Assembly: GCA_903813345.2 (NCBI GenBank)
Contig: CAIIXF020000001.1
Coordinates: 37,138,001-37,202,000 of the forward strand
Direction of reading: 5' to 3'
Origin: Owenia fusiformis
Taxonomy: Eukaryota
Length of the DNA stretch: 64,000 bases
A model generated the notes under the pieces. That model saw only the letters and a list, made by a program, of their open reading frames with translations. It was not told where the DNA came from and searched no databases. Position numbers and translations under genes: made by a program. This document shows, piece by piece, positions 25,401 through 36,918 of this stretch (position 1 is the stretch's first letter; each line of letters opens with the position of its first letter).

Positions 25401-28400
25401 CATACTGAAGTCATAACAATACATGTTGAGAATCCAGTCTCGAAGTCCATAGGCAATTCAAAATGAAGATTTTAGAATGTAGATTTTTTTAGATAAGACA
25501 TACTGACAAGTTTTTTCTAATATGACATCATACACTATAGAACAAAAAGTGAACACATACTCGTTTTACATTTATGATTGATATTTAATCGACAATTGCA
25601 ATACCTTTCAATGCGGCAGCAGTTTGTTTACAATTTTTATCATAAGTCCTGCATGGGTTGACCCTAGTAGAGTTGTTCTTGAATCTCTTCACAAAGCTCC
25701 TGGGGACTGACCCCCCACCTTCACACTTCCTATGTGACCAATTACGACGAGCCGTACAGAAATAGTAATGACAATTACTTTCATCGTCAGGAGTAAATTC
25801 TCCATATCTGTTAGCGGTGCACTCTGGAAGAAAAATAGAATTGAGTTAAAACTATTCTTCTGTCCAGTAGATGTCTTTCACCGGCTCATGTGATGCACTT
25901 CTTTTTCCACGTGCAAATTGTTTGATTATTAGTTCGACATTGATGATCCCTTAATTCCTGTCTATATACAGACCATTGAAGTAATCAATTTCTCCTAAAC
26001 TAGACAAGTGCCATCAATGAAATTTTGCATACACTGGAACAGTTATATGGAAATTTGTTACTGAAGGTTTCAATACAAGCATTCAACTGGTTCAGGAGCT
26101 ATGATCATTTACATAACATGCTCCAAATAGGCACATTTGAGACCAACGCAGAGTTGGATTCATATGGCAAACTACCCTTACATGTTCTGCCCTCTATGGC
26201 ATTATTATGGCATTACATATAGCAGTGATTGCCTTCTTTAGGTCAACAATAGTCTGAGGATTGTTTTGGTATAGATTGTCTTTCAAATATCCATACAAAA
26301 AGAAATCAGCAGGATTCAAGTCTAGGCTGTAATGGCAATGAAGGGTTATCTGACATGTGGTTCATCATCCTGTTGCCAAAGTGCTGATTTACCCAATCTT
26401 AAGAGTCACTTTAGGTATTGGGCATAGTGCCATGTTACTAAAACCACTATATGGCACAATTAAATCCCATATGGAAACCAAGGGCTGCCCAAAACCTCCT
26501 TAGGATGATACTGTAACTGAGTGGGACCACTGAGTCAGAAGCCATAGGTCAGATAAGCTTCGTCTCCATACACCTCAAATTTGAATCCACCTGATTTCTT
26601 TTTGTGGGGCAATTTGAAAGACAATGTGTACCAAAACAATCCTGAGACAATTGCTGACCTAAAGGTGGCAATAAATGCTAAATGTAATGCCATAACAAGG
26701 TCGGAATATGTAAGGGTATTTGCCAAATGTATCCAGCTCTGCGTTGGTCTCAATTGCGCCTATTTGGAGCATGTTATGTAAATGATCATAGCTCCTGAAC
26801 CAGTTGACTGCTTGTATTGACACTTTCAGGAACAAATTTCCATAGAACTGTCCTGATGTATGCAAAATTTCATTGATGTCACTAGTCTATTTTGAGATAT
26901 TGCCTATTTCAATGGTCTCCTTTTTTTCCGGTCACCCTGTAAATCATTAAGTGTTTATTTTATAATTTCTAAATTTCCCCCAATTGGATTTAGATTCATT
27001 CCTTGATTGTGTAACACATACCCTAAATCGTATTAAAACGAAAAGTGGCCATCTTGGATTTCCATATAGAGTAATCCTTTGATAACAGAAAAAATAATTC
27101 GTATCTATATTGCATCGCGAAAATGCTGAAATTGACCCTTGAAATACTATTATTATTATCTACAGGGTAAATTTCTAAACAGATTTTCAGAGATTTTGAG
27201 GATCAACTATGTGAGGTTATTTATTACCCATGCAAACGTGAAGATGATTAGACAATTAGCTTTTGAGATATAGCCATGTATCATAGTACCCAAAATTGAG
27301 TGGATTTTTATGTGCCACATTGGGGTGATAGAATGGTCATGTTTATGGAGTAAAACATCTCCCGAACCAAACCAATTTTGCTATACACAATCAACCTGGC
27401 GTTAAATGTTTTGATAAAATGCTTTGTTCAATGAAGTTTGGTTCTCAGGGGAGTTGTTATTTTTCTAGTCTTATTTTGTGATGGTACCAATTTCGAAAAT
27501 CTTTAAACGTTTCAAAATGTTGACCATCGAATTGTTCAATGAAGTTTGGTTCTCAGGGGAGTTGTTATTTTTCTAGTCTTATTTTGTGATGGTACCAATT
27601 TCGAAAATCTTCAAACGTTTCAAAATGTTGACCATCGAATATATAAAATGCTTTGTTCAATAAAGTTTGGTTCTCAGGGGAGTTGTTATTTTTCTAGTCT
27701 TATTTTGTGATGGTACCAATTTTGAAAATCTTCAAACGTTTCAAAATGTTGACCATCGAATATTACGAGCCAAAGACACTTTATTACAAGACACAGCACA
27801 ACCCGTAGGTATCAGACATTTGCTGGAATTTGGATATTTTAGGGCTTCAACTGCTTACTATTTGTTCTCCCCTAACCCCATTTTTTCAAGTTCACTAATT
27901 TGATGTTAATGCCGTTGCTAGGTGCTAGGTTGCTTTTGCAAAACTTGCTATCTTTGAAAGTGCATATAAGTTCAGTTCTACAAAAGCTTGATTTTATTTT
28001 ATTTGAAAGATAACAGATTAAATCTTTTAGGAAGCGTTGTCACAGGCTGGTATCGAAAGATTTGTCCGCTGTGACGGAGCATGCTATTTTTCATAAAAAC
28101 ACTAAGAATGCTTCACGATTTATTTTTTAACTCATATGTTTCGTTATATCAAAGATAATTACTTACTCCAAGCAATGGATATATCATTTGCGTGTAACCT
28201 TCACTTCTGTTTGAAGTCCAATAACGCTAGGAGTAAAATCTATTGAAAACGGCGCCAGAGTATCAAACTCTAAAATGAACCATTTCTTTTTTAACTTTTT
28301 AATGGCATGATATAGTGACACGATAATATTAACATATGTTTTCAGCATAACTCTGGATGTATTAATGAGATATTAATGCATTGGGTCTTTTTAATTTTTT

Positions 28401-29357
28401 TATAAAAAATAATATTGATATTTTTTGTCCGCTGTGACGGAGCATTTTCACAGTTCACATTTGCAACTGCTCCGTCAAAGTGGACAAAAAAATTAAACAT
28501 TATTTTTTATAAAAGAATTAAAAAGACCAAATACATCAACATCTCATTTATACCTTCATAGTTATGCTGAAACCATGTGTAAATATTATCGTGTCACTAT
28601 ATCGTGCTGTTAGAAAGTTAAACAAGAAATGGTACATTTTGAAGTATGATACTCCGGCGCCATTTTCAATAGCTTTTCTTCCCAGCGTAATTGGACTTCA
28701 AACAGAAGTGAAAGCTACCCGCAAATGATATATCCATTGCATGGAGTAAGTAATTTTGTATGGTATAACGAAACATATGAGTTAAAAAATAAATCGTGAA
28801 ATATTCTTAGTGTTTTTATGAAAAATAGCATGCTCCGTCACGGACAAATATTTCGATACCAGCCTGTGGTTGTAGCATTTGTGGAATCCCAAAAAATTAT
28901 TACACCCCCATGTTACGTTGATATCGATTTGACCTATGTTGACCTACTAATGACCCCCCTTGCGACTTAGTGTCGCAGACATCAGGGTTATACGGCTCCT
29001 CCACTTTACCCGATGTAAAGACATAGCCATGACTGCATACAAAATATAATTCATTGCGCCAGTCTCACCATGACTCATTTATAGACTTATTTGAAGCGTT
29101 TAAACAAGTTAGGAAAAGTTTCCTTTACATACCAGGAATACAAAGGTGAAGTGGTATGTTCATATTTTAAAGAAAAAATAGGGTCCATAACATCATTAAT
29201 AGTACTATGTTGAAAAATTCAAAGACGAATCATGGAATAGCAGCAATTAGATGCAGTTCTTAATGTACTTACCAAAATTCGGAAAGTCAGCATTACAAAA
29301 AGTGATGTACAATGCACAAATAATAGGTATGAATACTAATCCAACACGTGTTTTCAT
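10498..29357 (-). CDS. Gene B: paralogous secreted protein (signal peptide, chitin-binding-like, 2 knottin, 2 Sushi/CCP, 2 knottin, vWA), 10 coding exons, ~594 aa
   Basis: Exons: 29357-29273 (MKTRVGLVFIPIICALYITFCNADFPNF), 25823-25605 (ECTANRYGEFTPDDESNCHYYFCTARRNWSHRKC...), 24535-24317 (two knottin modules), 12750-12645 + 12511-12411 (atypical Sushi), 12251-12075 (Sushi CDEVEAPDNG...FDCDNGYELKGAEEIQCTEDGWTNIPPVC), 11783-11661, 11558-11472, 11337-10933 and 10760-10498 (vWA, stop). Phases are compatible and the total is 1785 nt. The 11.5 kb third intron is filled with transposons; extra unseen exons cannot be excluded. Confidence 0.8.
13117..13396 (-). pseudogene. Displaced C-terminus of LINE ORF2 (LKIETGRY...RRCHC...EDEFHFLLQC)
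   Basis: Removing 13400-17920 plus one AAT copy rejoins ...AQLRSGTLP to LKIETGRY... in frame. Confidence 0.9.
13400..17920. mobile_element. Non-autonomous long-TIR DNA transposon (4.5 kb; possibly Academ-like)
   Basis: Near-perfect ~710 bp TIRs (13400-~14110 / ~17210-17920; TGTATCAGATGCTGGC...GCCAGCATCTGATACA) with degenerate inner extension. 3-bp TSD AAT (13397-13399, 17921-17923), confirmed by restoration of the LINE frame. No transposase ORF. Confidence 0.9.
15206..16130. mobile_element. MITE nested in the 13400-17920 element
   Basis: Imperfect TIRs TATAGGATATCCTATG / CATAGGATATTCCTATA, with inverted inner motif CACGAGCGAGCGTAGCGAG / CTCGCTGCGCTCACTCATG; inserted in a (TA)n run. Confidence 0.65.
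18158..21172 (-). CDS. LINE ORF2: apurinic-like endonuclease + reverse transcriptase (1004 aa open segment; frameshifted near its C-terminus)
   Basis: APE motifs (NIACWN, IVET, GGVG, GDFNAR, SVVDY, PDH). RT motifs (RGIAL, QNGFRKDRSC, FVDAKRAFD, GVKQGCSISPTLF, MYADD, YRYLG). Confidence 0.95.
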   Translation of the reverse strand: MNCRGINIACWNTCGWSCNMNDNSNFRNNVLNSMDDVDILMIVETFLRNNDQLNVRNTEYTWISNNRKTTNNNARRGSGGVGILVHDRITTRFDITRLDDSIEDILWIKLTPKSSNIDQSHALVLCVAYLPPKDTSRGSDAETFFNSLIQQVHMYQNEGQLCIGGDFNARCGNELDYIQGVDDLSERNILDVVTNEYGDHLMDFLTSCNLCMLNGRFEQTKNNFTHISTRGKSVVDYILVPNEQILKWSKFEVCTMSDVISLNNVPAPLNLPDHSLLRATFLDYAIEDYSTETNISYKSNVNKIPADFMNDVNITHITDTINRLEDSTDLDAEVNLAYSEFADLVTTEMNNKLPKIKLGVNIKRNKSMRKPYWCQELQDTWKAACEKEKIWLKFNGASAVKRRLKAEFCNKRRDFDRMHRKFKRKYQMQEQQDLLDMATDKYNQRDFWKEFGKIGVANDRNKDIPFKVIDANGNVSTDTDTVLNHWASEFNKLYNGQCSDQMFDDIHLNNITRELNASNTNENPNVNPELNRDITHMEVKQAILHAKLRKAAGLDMIPAESIKNPKCMFLMYKIISLCFIKGVVPSQWNKSIIQPIPKGVSYSHDPTANRGIALISVPCKIYCSILNSRLTKWLEENNILSEYQNGFRKDRSCQDHLYSIYTIINNRKAAKQDTYVCFVDAKRAFDNINRTCLFYKLQKSGIKGKIYHAIMSLYQDVQYTVRVNGRLTHCFDISKGVKQGCSISPTLFSLYIDDLATLINSLNKGVDIDGKNIGIFMYADDVALVAPTANALQHMLNKLYEWCNTWRMTLNTSKTKIVHFRPQSQTRSNHIFTFGPSNRLEYVSEYRYLGLTLNEHLDMRQTVKILAKSANRALGMLIAKSNVKGGLPYAVFTKLFDALVSPIMLYGAGIWGIRQYSEMNTVQNKAARYFLGVGRRAPNGSTKGDICWTSVFTKQRVEVTRLWCRLKNMATDRTPKHISKWSLRHHKSHPENVTRSGLYSAYQQ
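21200..21455 (-). pseudogene. C-terminal remnant of LINE ORF1
   Basis: Reads ...RKKTLKQSAMYSNIYVDDYVSHETMKMTNNLHTVLKA..., immediately upstream of and in frame with ORF2; ends CAA TAG. Confidence 0.65.
25966..26942. mobile_element. Foldback derivative of a Tc1/mariner-superfamily element made from its 3' end
   Basis: Inverted arms ~25968-26340 / 26560-26920. The arm encodes a transposase C-terminus LNPPDFFLWGNLKDNVYQNNPETIADLKVAI (26581-26781, +). The right end TTTTTTCCGGTCACCCTGTA is typical of this superfamily. Confidence 0.8.
27424..27762. repeat. Tandem repeat, 3 copies of a ~108-120 bp unit
   Basis: Unit TTGTTCAATGAAGTTTGGTTCTCAGGGGAGTTGTT...GTTGACCATCGAA starts at ~27424, 27532 and 27653. 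Confidence 0.9.
28041..28868. mobile_element. Palindromic MITE with CAC termini and 5-bp TSD (Transib-like)
   Basis: CACAGGCTGGTATCGAAA...TTTCGATACCAGCCTGTG; TSD GTTGT at 28036-28040 and 28869-28873; ~405 bp inverted arms with a ~20 bp loop. Confidence 0.85.
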
Positions 29358-30770
29358 TTTGTTTTATTTCCCTATTGTGCTGATACACTATCAGCTCGAT
29401 TTAAGATTCATTAATTCTGTTAATCACGCCTAACCATCGACAACATACAGTGACAAAATATACCGTCGTACACTGTACGTAGGTTTTCAAAAATTAATTT
29501 GAGGAATACATTTCAAGGGATTCATGTTTGATTTCGTGTGTATTCGATTTGAAAGACATTTACCTTTCTAATTACGTTAAAAGATTTTCGAGCAGTGCTC
29601 GATTTTTTTCGTTGTTAATCTACCCATGTAATTGGTTGGTTGGAAAATTGTGTTATTTTTACACATTTCCTTTGATCGTTTTCTCCCCTGTCGTCTAAGA
29701 GTGCCGAATTTTTTTTATGAGAATATGTTTCTCTAAACTACACAATTTAAGACAATTGAAGGTTTAATAAATATTCATGACTTTGGTATAATTCAAAAAA
29801 TGAAAAATGTACGTTGTCATCTCCAATGAACCTTGTCCCGGTAATTGAAATGCATGAGATATAATATTAAACAATGCAATGATTTAATTTCAAAACGCAT
29901 TAAGGGTTTTATGAGTAACAAGTGATGTTTAACGAACATGTTCATGTATCCCTGGTACAGATTAACAAATAAAAGTGACTTTTTACTCTTTGTTGAATGC
30001 TATTTTATTCTATGAAAGTGTTGATATGGTGATTAATATTTGACCATTGGGTGCTATCTTCCAACCTCTTTGACCATTCTGCATCGGTACGTTACGTTAT
30101 GTTATGTTGCACGTTTATGAATTTTAATAATCTTAAGGAGTTCATGGAGAGATCTATACTAGGTCATCGAAGATGACTTTCAAAAGTTTATGCTATATCT
30201 GGAAAGTGCTGAAGTTCAAAGGTTCTAGGTTAAATAAAGTTGAAGTAATACTGTTATTGTTCATTTTCAGATGAATGATTTAATTTGTATTTTCTGTAAA
30301 TCTTATGTCCTTGTTTTGTTTTGGCGTATGCTTTCAATGTTTATTTTTATACATACCGTTTAATTAGCTTTCTTGCAATATGTGATTTGAGTACCACTTC
30401 TTCTAAGCATCACCGTTTGATAGTAGCTATGTAAGAGGGGAAACTATCGCAAATTTATTTGCATAGAATTCAAGTACAAACCAATAACAATATAAGTATA
30501 TTTTATTTATAGGTTATTGTTATTTATTTCCATATTATTCAACATAATTATTTACATAGATTGTGATCGGCCGAGGCTATATAGCATTATTGGCCCCCCT
30601 CTAGAAAGAGATAGTTGAAGGCATTTTGCATTCAGTTCTTTATTTAAATTTTCATCTCCATAAAGTATAAATTCTATTTTTTGCTTTCTGGTTTTTCCCA
30701 AAATAGCACATAATATCAAGATTATCTAACTTCATGATGTTCTGTATGTAATCATTTCTATGTATGTATT

Positions 30771-31680
30771 GACGGGTCGCAAAAAGCTCGCGCACGCATT
30801 GTTACACATTTTGTGGCGTAATCCAGAGGATCCTCGCTTTTAACATGATAGAATGTGACGCTTTTGAGAAAAATGTACACACATGAAAATCCTTTCGTCC
30901 TCCACATTTACCTCTATATCTCAAAACATTTTAGACGAATAACTCTGATATCATATATATATTGTTACTGGGCTAGGAGCATCATAAAACACGAATCAAT
31001 TGATATTTTAGGTGAAATAAATATACGTGTTGCTGTGCTTGAAAATAGGCGAATGGCGTAAATTAGCCCTATTTTAATGAATTTTGAAAACCTTTCGTCC
31101 TCCACTTTTCCACATACAACAGAAAACACATACTTTTGTGAACAAAATCAACTAATTATTAATAAACTAGAGTTTAGGAGCAAAATAATCATGTATGATT
31201 TATTAAAAATTGATCTCGTATTTTTTGTTTAATGTACACCTGAAAAGTTGAAGGTACTAAAAAATGAGCAAAAAAGGTCGCTGTCAACAGATTCTATTTT
31301 TCAGACTCTATGACGTCACAATATGGGACGCATACTAAAATTCATCCTTTGAAATAAAACTTCCATCTACCTTTATCAAGACGAAAAATAAGTATAATAG
31401 TCATATATTATTTGAGTTATGAGCGTTTAAAGACGAAAAATAATTCAAAATGTAACGTGTCAACATGGGATATTTGCCAGATGTTTTGGTAAAAAACTCT
31501 TTTTTAAAAACGAACGCGCAAAAAATGTGAACGGAGTGTAGTTGATCTAAAATCTTCATCGAAACAGCTTTAAAATGATATATAACTTTAATTAGAATAT
31601 TATCTTATATTCCGGTGAATCAAAGTTACATTCACGCGATACCCTTAAAAAACAAATGCGCCACCTTTTTGCGACACGTC
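30771..31680. mobile_element. MITE, 910 bp, copy 2 of the family at 291-1160
   Basis: Same TIRs and ATT flanks; sits in the (ATTGT)n tail of the adjacent LINE fragment. Confidence 0.85.
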
Positions 31681-32970
31681 ATTGTATTGTATTGTATTCT
31701 CCAAATTGAGATAGGCTTTATGGCTGGTGAATTTGAATATTTCACGGACGCTCTCACGGGTAAAACATATTCTATTCTGGAACAGAGCTCCCTTTAGGCA
31801 CCAGGATTGGACAGTTTTTCATATATAGAAACTACATAAGATCTTATGTAGTTTCTATATATGAAAAACTGTCCCCTCTAGAGGGGGTCAAATTTGATCG
31901 GACTTTGAACATGTGAATACTTTGTTTTTCTTCTCTTCTCTCCGCTAGGGGTTTCCATATAATTTTTGCTTACATGTACCATGAATCGCCCCGGAAACTA
32001 TTAGGGCTGCTCTATAATGGAGTTTGTCAAGTTGTTTCAGTGCACCTTGCGACGCAGAACCATAGATTAAAGAGCAGTGTTCAATTTTAGAGAGGATGAA
32101 AGAAGTATACATTGTTTCAAGATGTTTTGAGTTTACTCTCATTTTCAATGCTGACAGGGGATTTAGTAGTTTGTCAATTTTTGCTCGGACTTCGTTTATA
32201 TGAGTTTTAAAGTTCAAGTTTTTATCGAGAGTTACGCCTAAATGTTTATGTGAATCGACTCGGTCTATTGAGTTATTATTAAGTGTCAAAAGTGGATATG
32301 GTCTTTCATAGACGGTTTCTTTACAAAATATTATTTCTTTTGATTTCGAAGGCTTGAAGTTCATTTTCCAAGCTTGGGACCATTTAAAAATATTATCGAG
32401 ATCTTTTTGGAGGATTTCATGAGTGTTCTCAATTGGATTATTTCTGGGTACAGGTAAGTAGATGGAGGTGTCGTCTGCATAAATGTAAGATGTTGAGTCG
32501 ATAACTTCCTGTAAATCATTAATATATAGTAAAAAAAGGATTGGCCCAATTTGGCTCCCTTGAGGCACCCCACTGTTTATGTAATTGTCTTCTGATCAAT
32601 TTGATAAGATTCCGTTTACTCTAGTTTGAACTTTTCAATTTTTAAGATATGAGCTTATGAGGTTCAAAGTGTCGATGCCGAAACCATATTATTTCAGTTT
32701 ATGTGTCAAAAGGGCATGCGGGACTTTGTCAAAGGCTGATTCTACGTCAAGGAAAATTCCTCTGACGTCACAGTTGCGGTCAAAAGATTCATTAATAAAA
32801 TTTGTAATTGCCATATTAAGTTGGAAATCTGTGCTATGACCGGGTAAAAAACCCAATAAAGTAAATTGTTTTCAAGGAGATGGGTCAAAATTCTATTTTG
32901 GATAACTTTCTCAAATACTTTGGATATTGTATTTAATAATGAAACTGGACGGTAATTTGCTTTATCTGTA
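31681..32970 (-). mobile_element. Degenerate 5'-truncated LINE fragment (CR1/L2-group RT)
   Basis: ORF 31945-32568 has PQGSQIGPILFLLYINDL, YADD and HKHLGV motifs; upstream frameshifted remnants; (CAATA)n 3' tail at 31681-31698. Confidence 0.85.
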
Positions 32971-35900
32971 AAAGTAAATCTTCACAGGGTGTTTACAAAA
33001 TTAAGCGTGACAGTTGAGCGCGTGGGGTAAGGTACAACGCAAGGGTGATGCAAATTGAGCTACCTGCATGATGTTTTCGTCTGTATTTTAATGTAATAAG
33101 ATATACTTTTATGAATTTTAATAATCCGTTTATGCTAAATCTGGAAAGTGCGGAGATTCAATATAGTTCAATCAAGCCGAATTAGTAATACTGTGGTTTT
33201 TTCCGTTTAAGTTTTAAATGAATCTGATCCCCCTACCCCTTAGTGTAATGAAAAATACGTTGACTATATTAGGATTAACTGTGAATTCAGATATGTAAGT
33301 TCAATGGCACAACGTACATCGAGATGACAACGTACACTTATGATTTTTTATTTTTATTATTTTGGCAAAAACATGAATATATATTAAATCTTCAACCGAC
33401 CCTAATTATGTAACTTGGGGAAACATATTCTGATGAAAATAATCGACACTCCTAAGCGACAACACTTAAGATGACCAAAGGAAATGTGACGAAAACCTCA
33501 CGAAAACCAACGAAAAAACTCGAGTATTGCTCGGAAACTATTTAACATAATTAGAAAGGTAAATGTCTTCCAAATCGAATACACGCGAAATTAAACATGA
33601 AATCCTTTAAGTATTCCACAGATTAATTTTTTAAACCTTAATCACACCCACGTCATAGTTTTTGCTTCATATCAGTTAGAATAGTGACACCGTACATCTA
33701 AAGTGTACGACGGCGTGTTTTGTCACTGAACGTTGTCGATGGTTAGGCGTGTTGATAGAAAAACAAAATACTGCATAATATGGTTGATGGATTACGAAAA
33801 CATTACTTATGTGACACACATGAGTAATGAGTTTTGATGAGACAACGGTTAACGAGGCGTATAGCCTGTTTATTTTTCCGTGAAGCCACTCCGACTGACT
33901 GACTTAATTCATGACTGAAATCGGAAAGACAAAACTTGAGATTCACAAACAAAATTGCTTGTGAAAACTATTGACAAAGGTGTTCCAGAGACTTTAATCT
34001 ACTTGGTTAAGGTTTAATTTGAAGATACATTGCCGACACGGAAGCAAATGCTATGTTGAAAAATGTATATTTCAGTTTGAACATGTTATTACATGTCACG
34101 TAGGCCAGTGTTTTATATGGGGATTATTTGTACTTTACTTGCTAATATGAACGTAAATCATTACATGGAATCTGCAGTCTTCCGGGTTTTATCTGGGTTT
34201 GTATTGTCTTGTTGGGTCTTTTGGACTTTTGGAAAAAAATCTTACGCAAAAGATTTGTGTCTCGGGAACATTTTTGTAAATAGTTATCACGTTGTCGAAC
34301 CAAAACGCTCTTACATGCATGACGGAGCGTTTCATTCACGCGGAAACGCTGCGAAGCGAAATAAAATGGCGGCTAATGAAGATCCCATAACCGTAAGTAT
34401 TGTTTCACTCGTTTCTGTTACATATCATACGTTATGGTGACATATTATGTACCATTCGATGAACAATACCCTGAGCAAAGATCTTATTTATTCAACTTTT
34501 GGTGGTAAACTGTTATTTGCTTGATCAAAACTCCGTAGTGTAGATCGAATGAATCTGAAGTTGACGAATTGACCATAAATTACGAATTTAACTAGTATTT
34601 ATGAAAACGTCAATCTTTCTGTTAGAATAGTAGATCACAAATTTGTATATTCTCATTTTCGAAAATCCCAGTCCAAATCCATTACTTGTTCTCGAGAAAT
34701 CGCTTGTTTTCCTCGAAACGCTCCGTCGATTTAGGACACAATTTTAGAAACGCTCTTACCATTTTGTTTTGATATTATTTTCAGATTATTAGAGAAGAGT
34801 TCGGAATCGAATCTGTCTCTCAAAAACGTGTTGTACTTGCAAATTGAAACGTCCCAACCTGGTGATGCTAAACGTGCGACTAGCCGACCTAAGCAAACAT
34901 TATATGATGTTATGCCTTAATAGTATAGTAGGAACAAGGGGTTCCCATGCACCCATAAGGTGTGAATAAGTTACATACATTTTTGTAATCCCTAGGGTGT
35001 CTATTTAATGAATTCATTTGTTAACATTGCCAACTAATGTCCCATAGTACTTTTATGGCGGCATTCAGTCACCATGGTTACGCATCTTTAGACATCTTAC
35101 CTTGGTATCTTAAATCATTTGTAGCTCTGTCATTATTTTGTCTATAGAAATGATATCGGTACCAAATTGAACCTCGTTAAATTTTCAAAAATTTCTGATA
35201 TTCAATAATGCAAATTATCTAATTTGCATAAATTATGATGTCATCAATCTATTTTTGGTTCAGAATTTCCAACTATAGCAACGTATCTATTAGAACTGAG
35301 GCCGTATGGCAAAATTTCTGAAAGGTTTTGTCCTTTATTCTATTAGTAGAAGGTATAAGCAACATAAAAGTGAAAACAGATTCAAAATTGAATCAGTATT
35401 ACGAAAGTTATGTAACTTTCGAGGCAGCTATCGTGAATGTCATTATTTGACAATAATATACATACATCTTACCTCGGAGTCTTGAATCAATGTAGCTTCG
35501 CCATTATTTGGTCTATGGAGATGATATTGGTATTTGATTAAACCTTATTAAATTTACTATATGGTTACAATATTCAGTTATGCAAATTAGCTAATTTGCA
35601 TTTATTGTGACGTCATCAATCCATTTTTGGTTCAGAATATCCTAGTATAGCAACATACATGTATCTATTAGAACTGAGGCCGTATGACAGAATGTGTGCA
35701 TAGTTTTGTCCCTTATTTGATGAGTGGAAGATATAAGCAACATTAAAGAGACAACAAATCTTCAAAATTGGATCAGAATTAACAAAATTATCCAGCTTTG
35801 GAGGCAGCTACTGTGAACGTCATTGTTTGACAATTATAAAAATAATATTAAATTAACAAAAAAGTAACAACCATAGTTGTTTCAATCTTATTGAGTAAAA

Positions 35901-36918
35901 ATGTGCATGTATTGAACTGAACTAATAAGTATGTGGAAAGGTTACATGTATTTTGACTATCATTCACAGGGGTCAAAACGGTTATCTCGACCCTGTATAT
36001 TAAAGATCCAATTTTATAATTTACCATGCACTTTCAATGATTCATGTAAATAGTATACATATAGTCTGATTTTCATCATATTCTTCATATTCTTGATTCT
36101 TAAAGTATCTGAAGTATAAAGCATGATTAGAAGTGAAGATGATTCATCATATGGTTTATGTAATATTTCTAACATTTCAGATGCTATGGTAACATCACTT
36201 CGAGGGTTTCATGCAAAAAGGTGCCAACTACATTTTTATCAAAAATGAGTTATTGATACCAGGCTATAGAACAAAACATAAGCTATGTAATGGTATACTT
36301 TAATTCTCTCAATATGATATATAACTTGATATAATGTTGCATAACAAAAGGTTCTATCCAACTATGAACAGTTTCTTCCATGCAAAAAGGTGCTAAGTCA
36401 TTTTTACCTCCCGCAAAAAGGTTCTATGTTATCAATGGAACCTTTTTGAATGTCAACAAAAGTCACTTATTAAAACCTACTTTGACTTGGGCCCTTTTAT
36501 ATTTCACTGTCTATATGTTTTATGTGTTTGTCTGTTTCTTTGTCTGTCTGGGATTTAGTTGATTTAATAGGATCACTGTGTATACTACAGTTTTATCTGT
36601 GTAGACCATGCATTTTAATATATTCCTAGCCACAACAGTGACCAATTATACCCTATTATTCAAATATTGAAGCCTAATGGCTGTGATTTTGTAATGACTT
36701 AGTCGTATCCCATTAATACCTAATGCAGAGATTACTAGATTAACATCATTGAACAATATGATACTAGAACTCTAGATGATACCATGAGATGTTCGACTGG
36801 CCACAGACTAACCTTATAATGTATATAAGGAATCGACAAAGGATGATGCCTCAGAACCACCAGTCACTGTAACCAAATAATAGAACCTTCGCTTGACACA
36901 TCCCAAATATTAGCAGCT

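Larger units (their letters stand above)
29420..33755. repeat. Pair of diverged ~400 bp inverted repeats (29420-29830 / 33315-33755), possibly TIRs of an old element
   Basis: cacgcctaaccatcgacaac...gtcgtacact vs agtgtacgac...gttgtcgatggttaggcgtg; ttcgatttgaaagacatttacctttctaatta vs taattagaaaggtaaatgtcttccaaatcgaa. No clear TSD. Confidence 0.6.
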
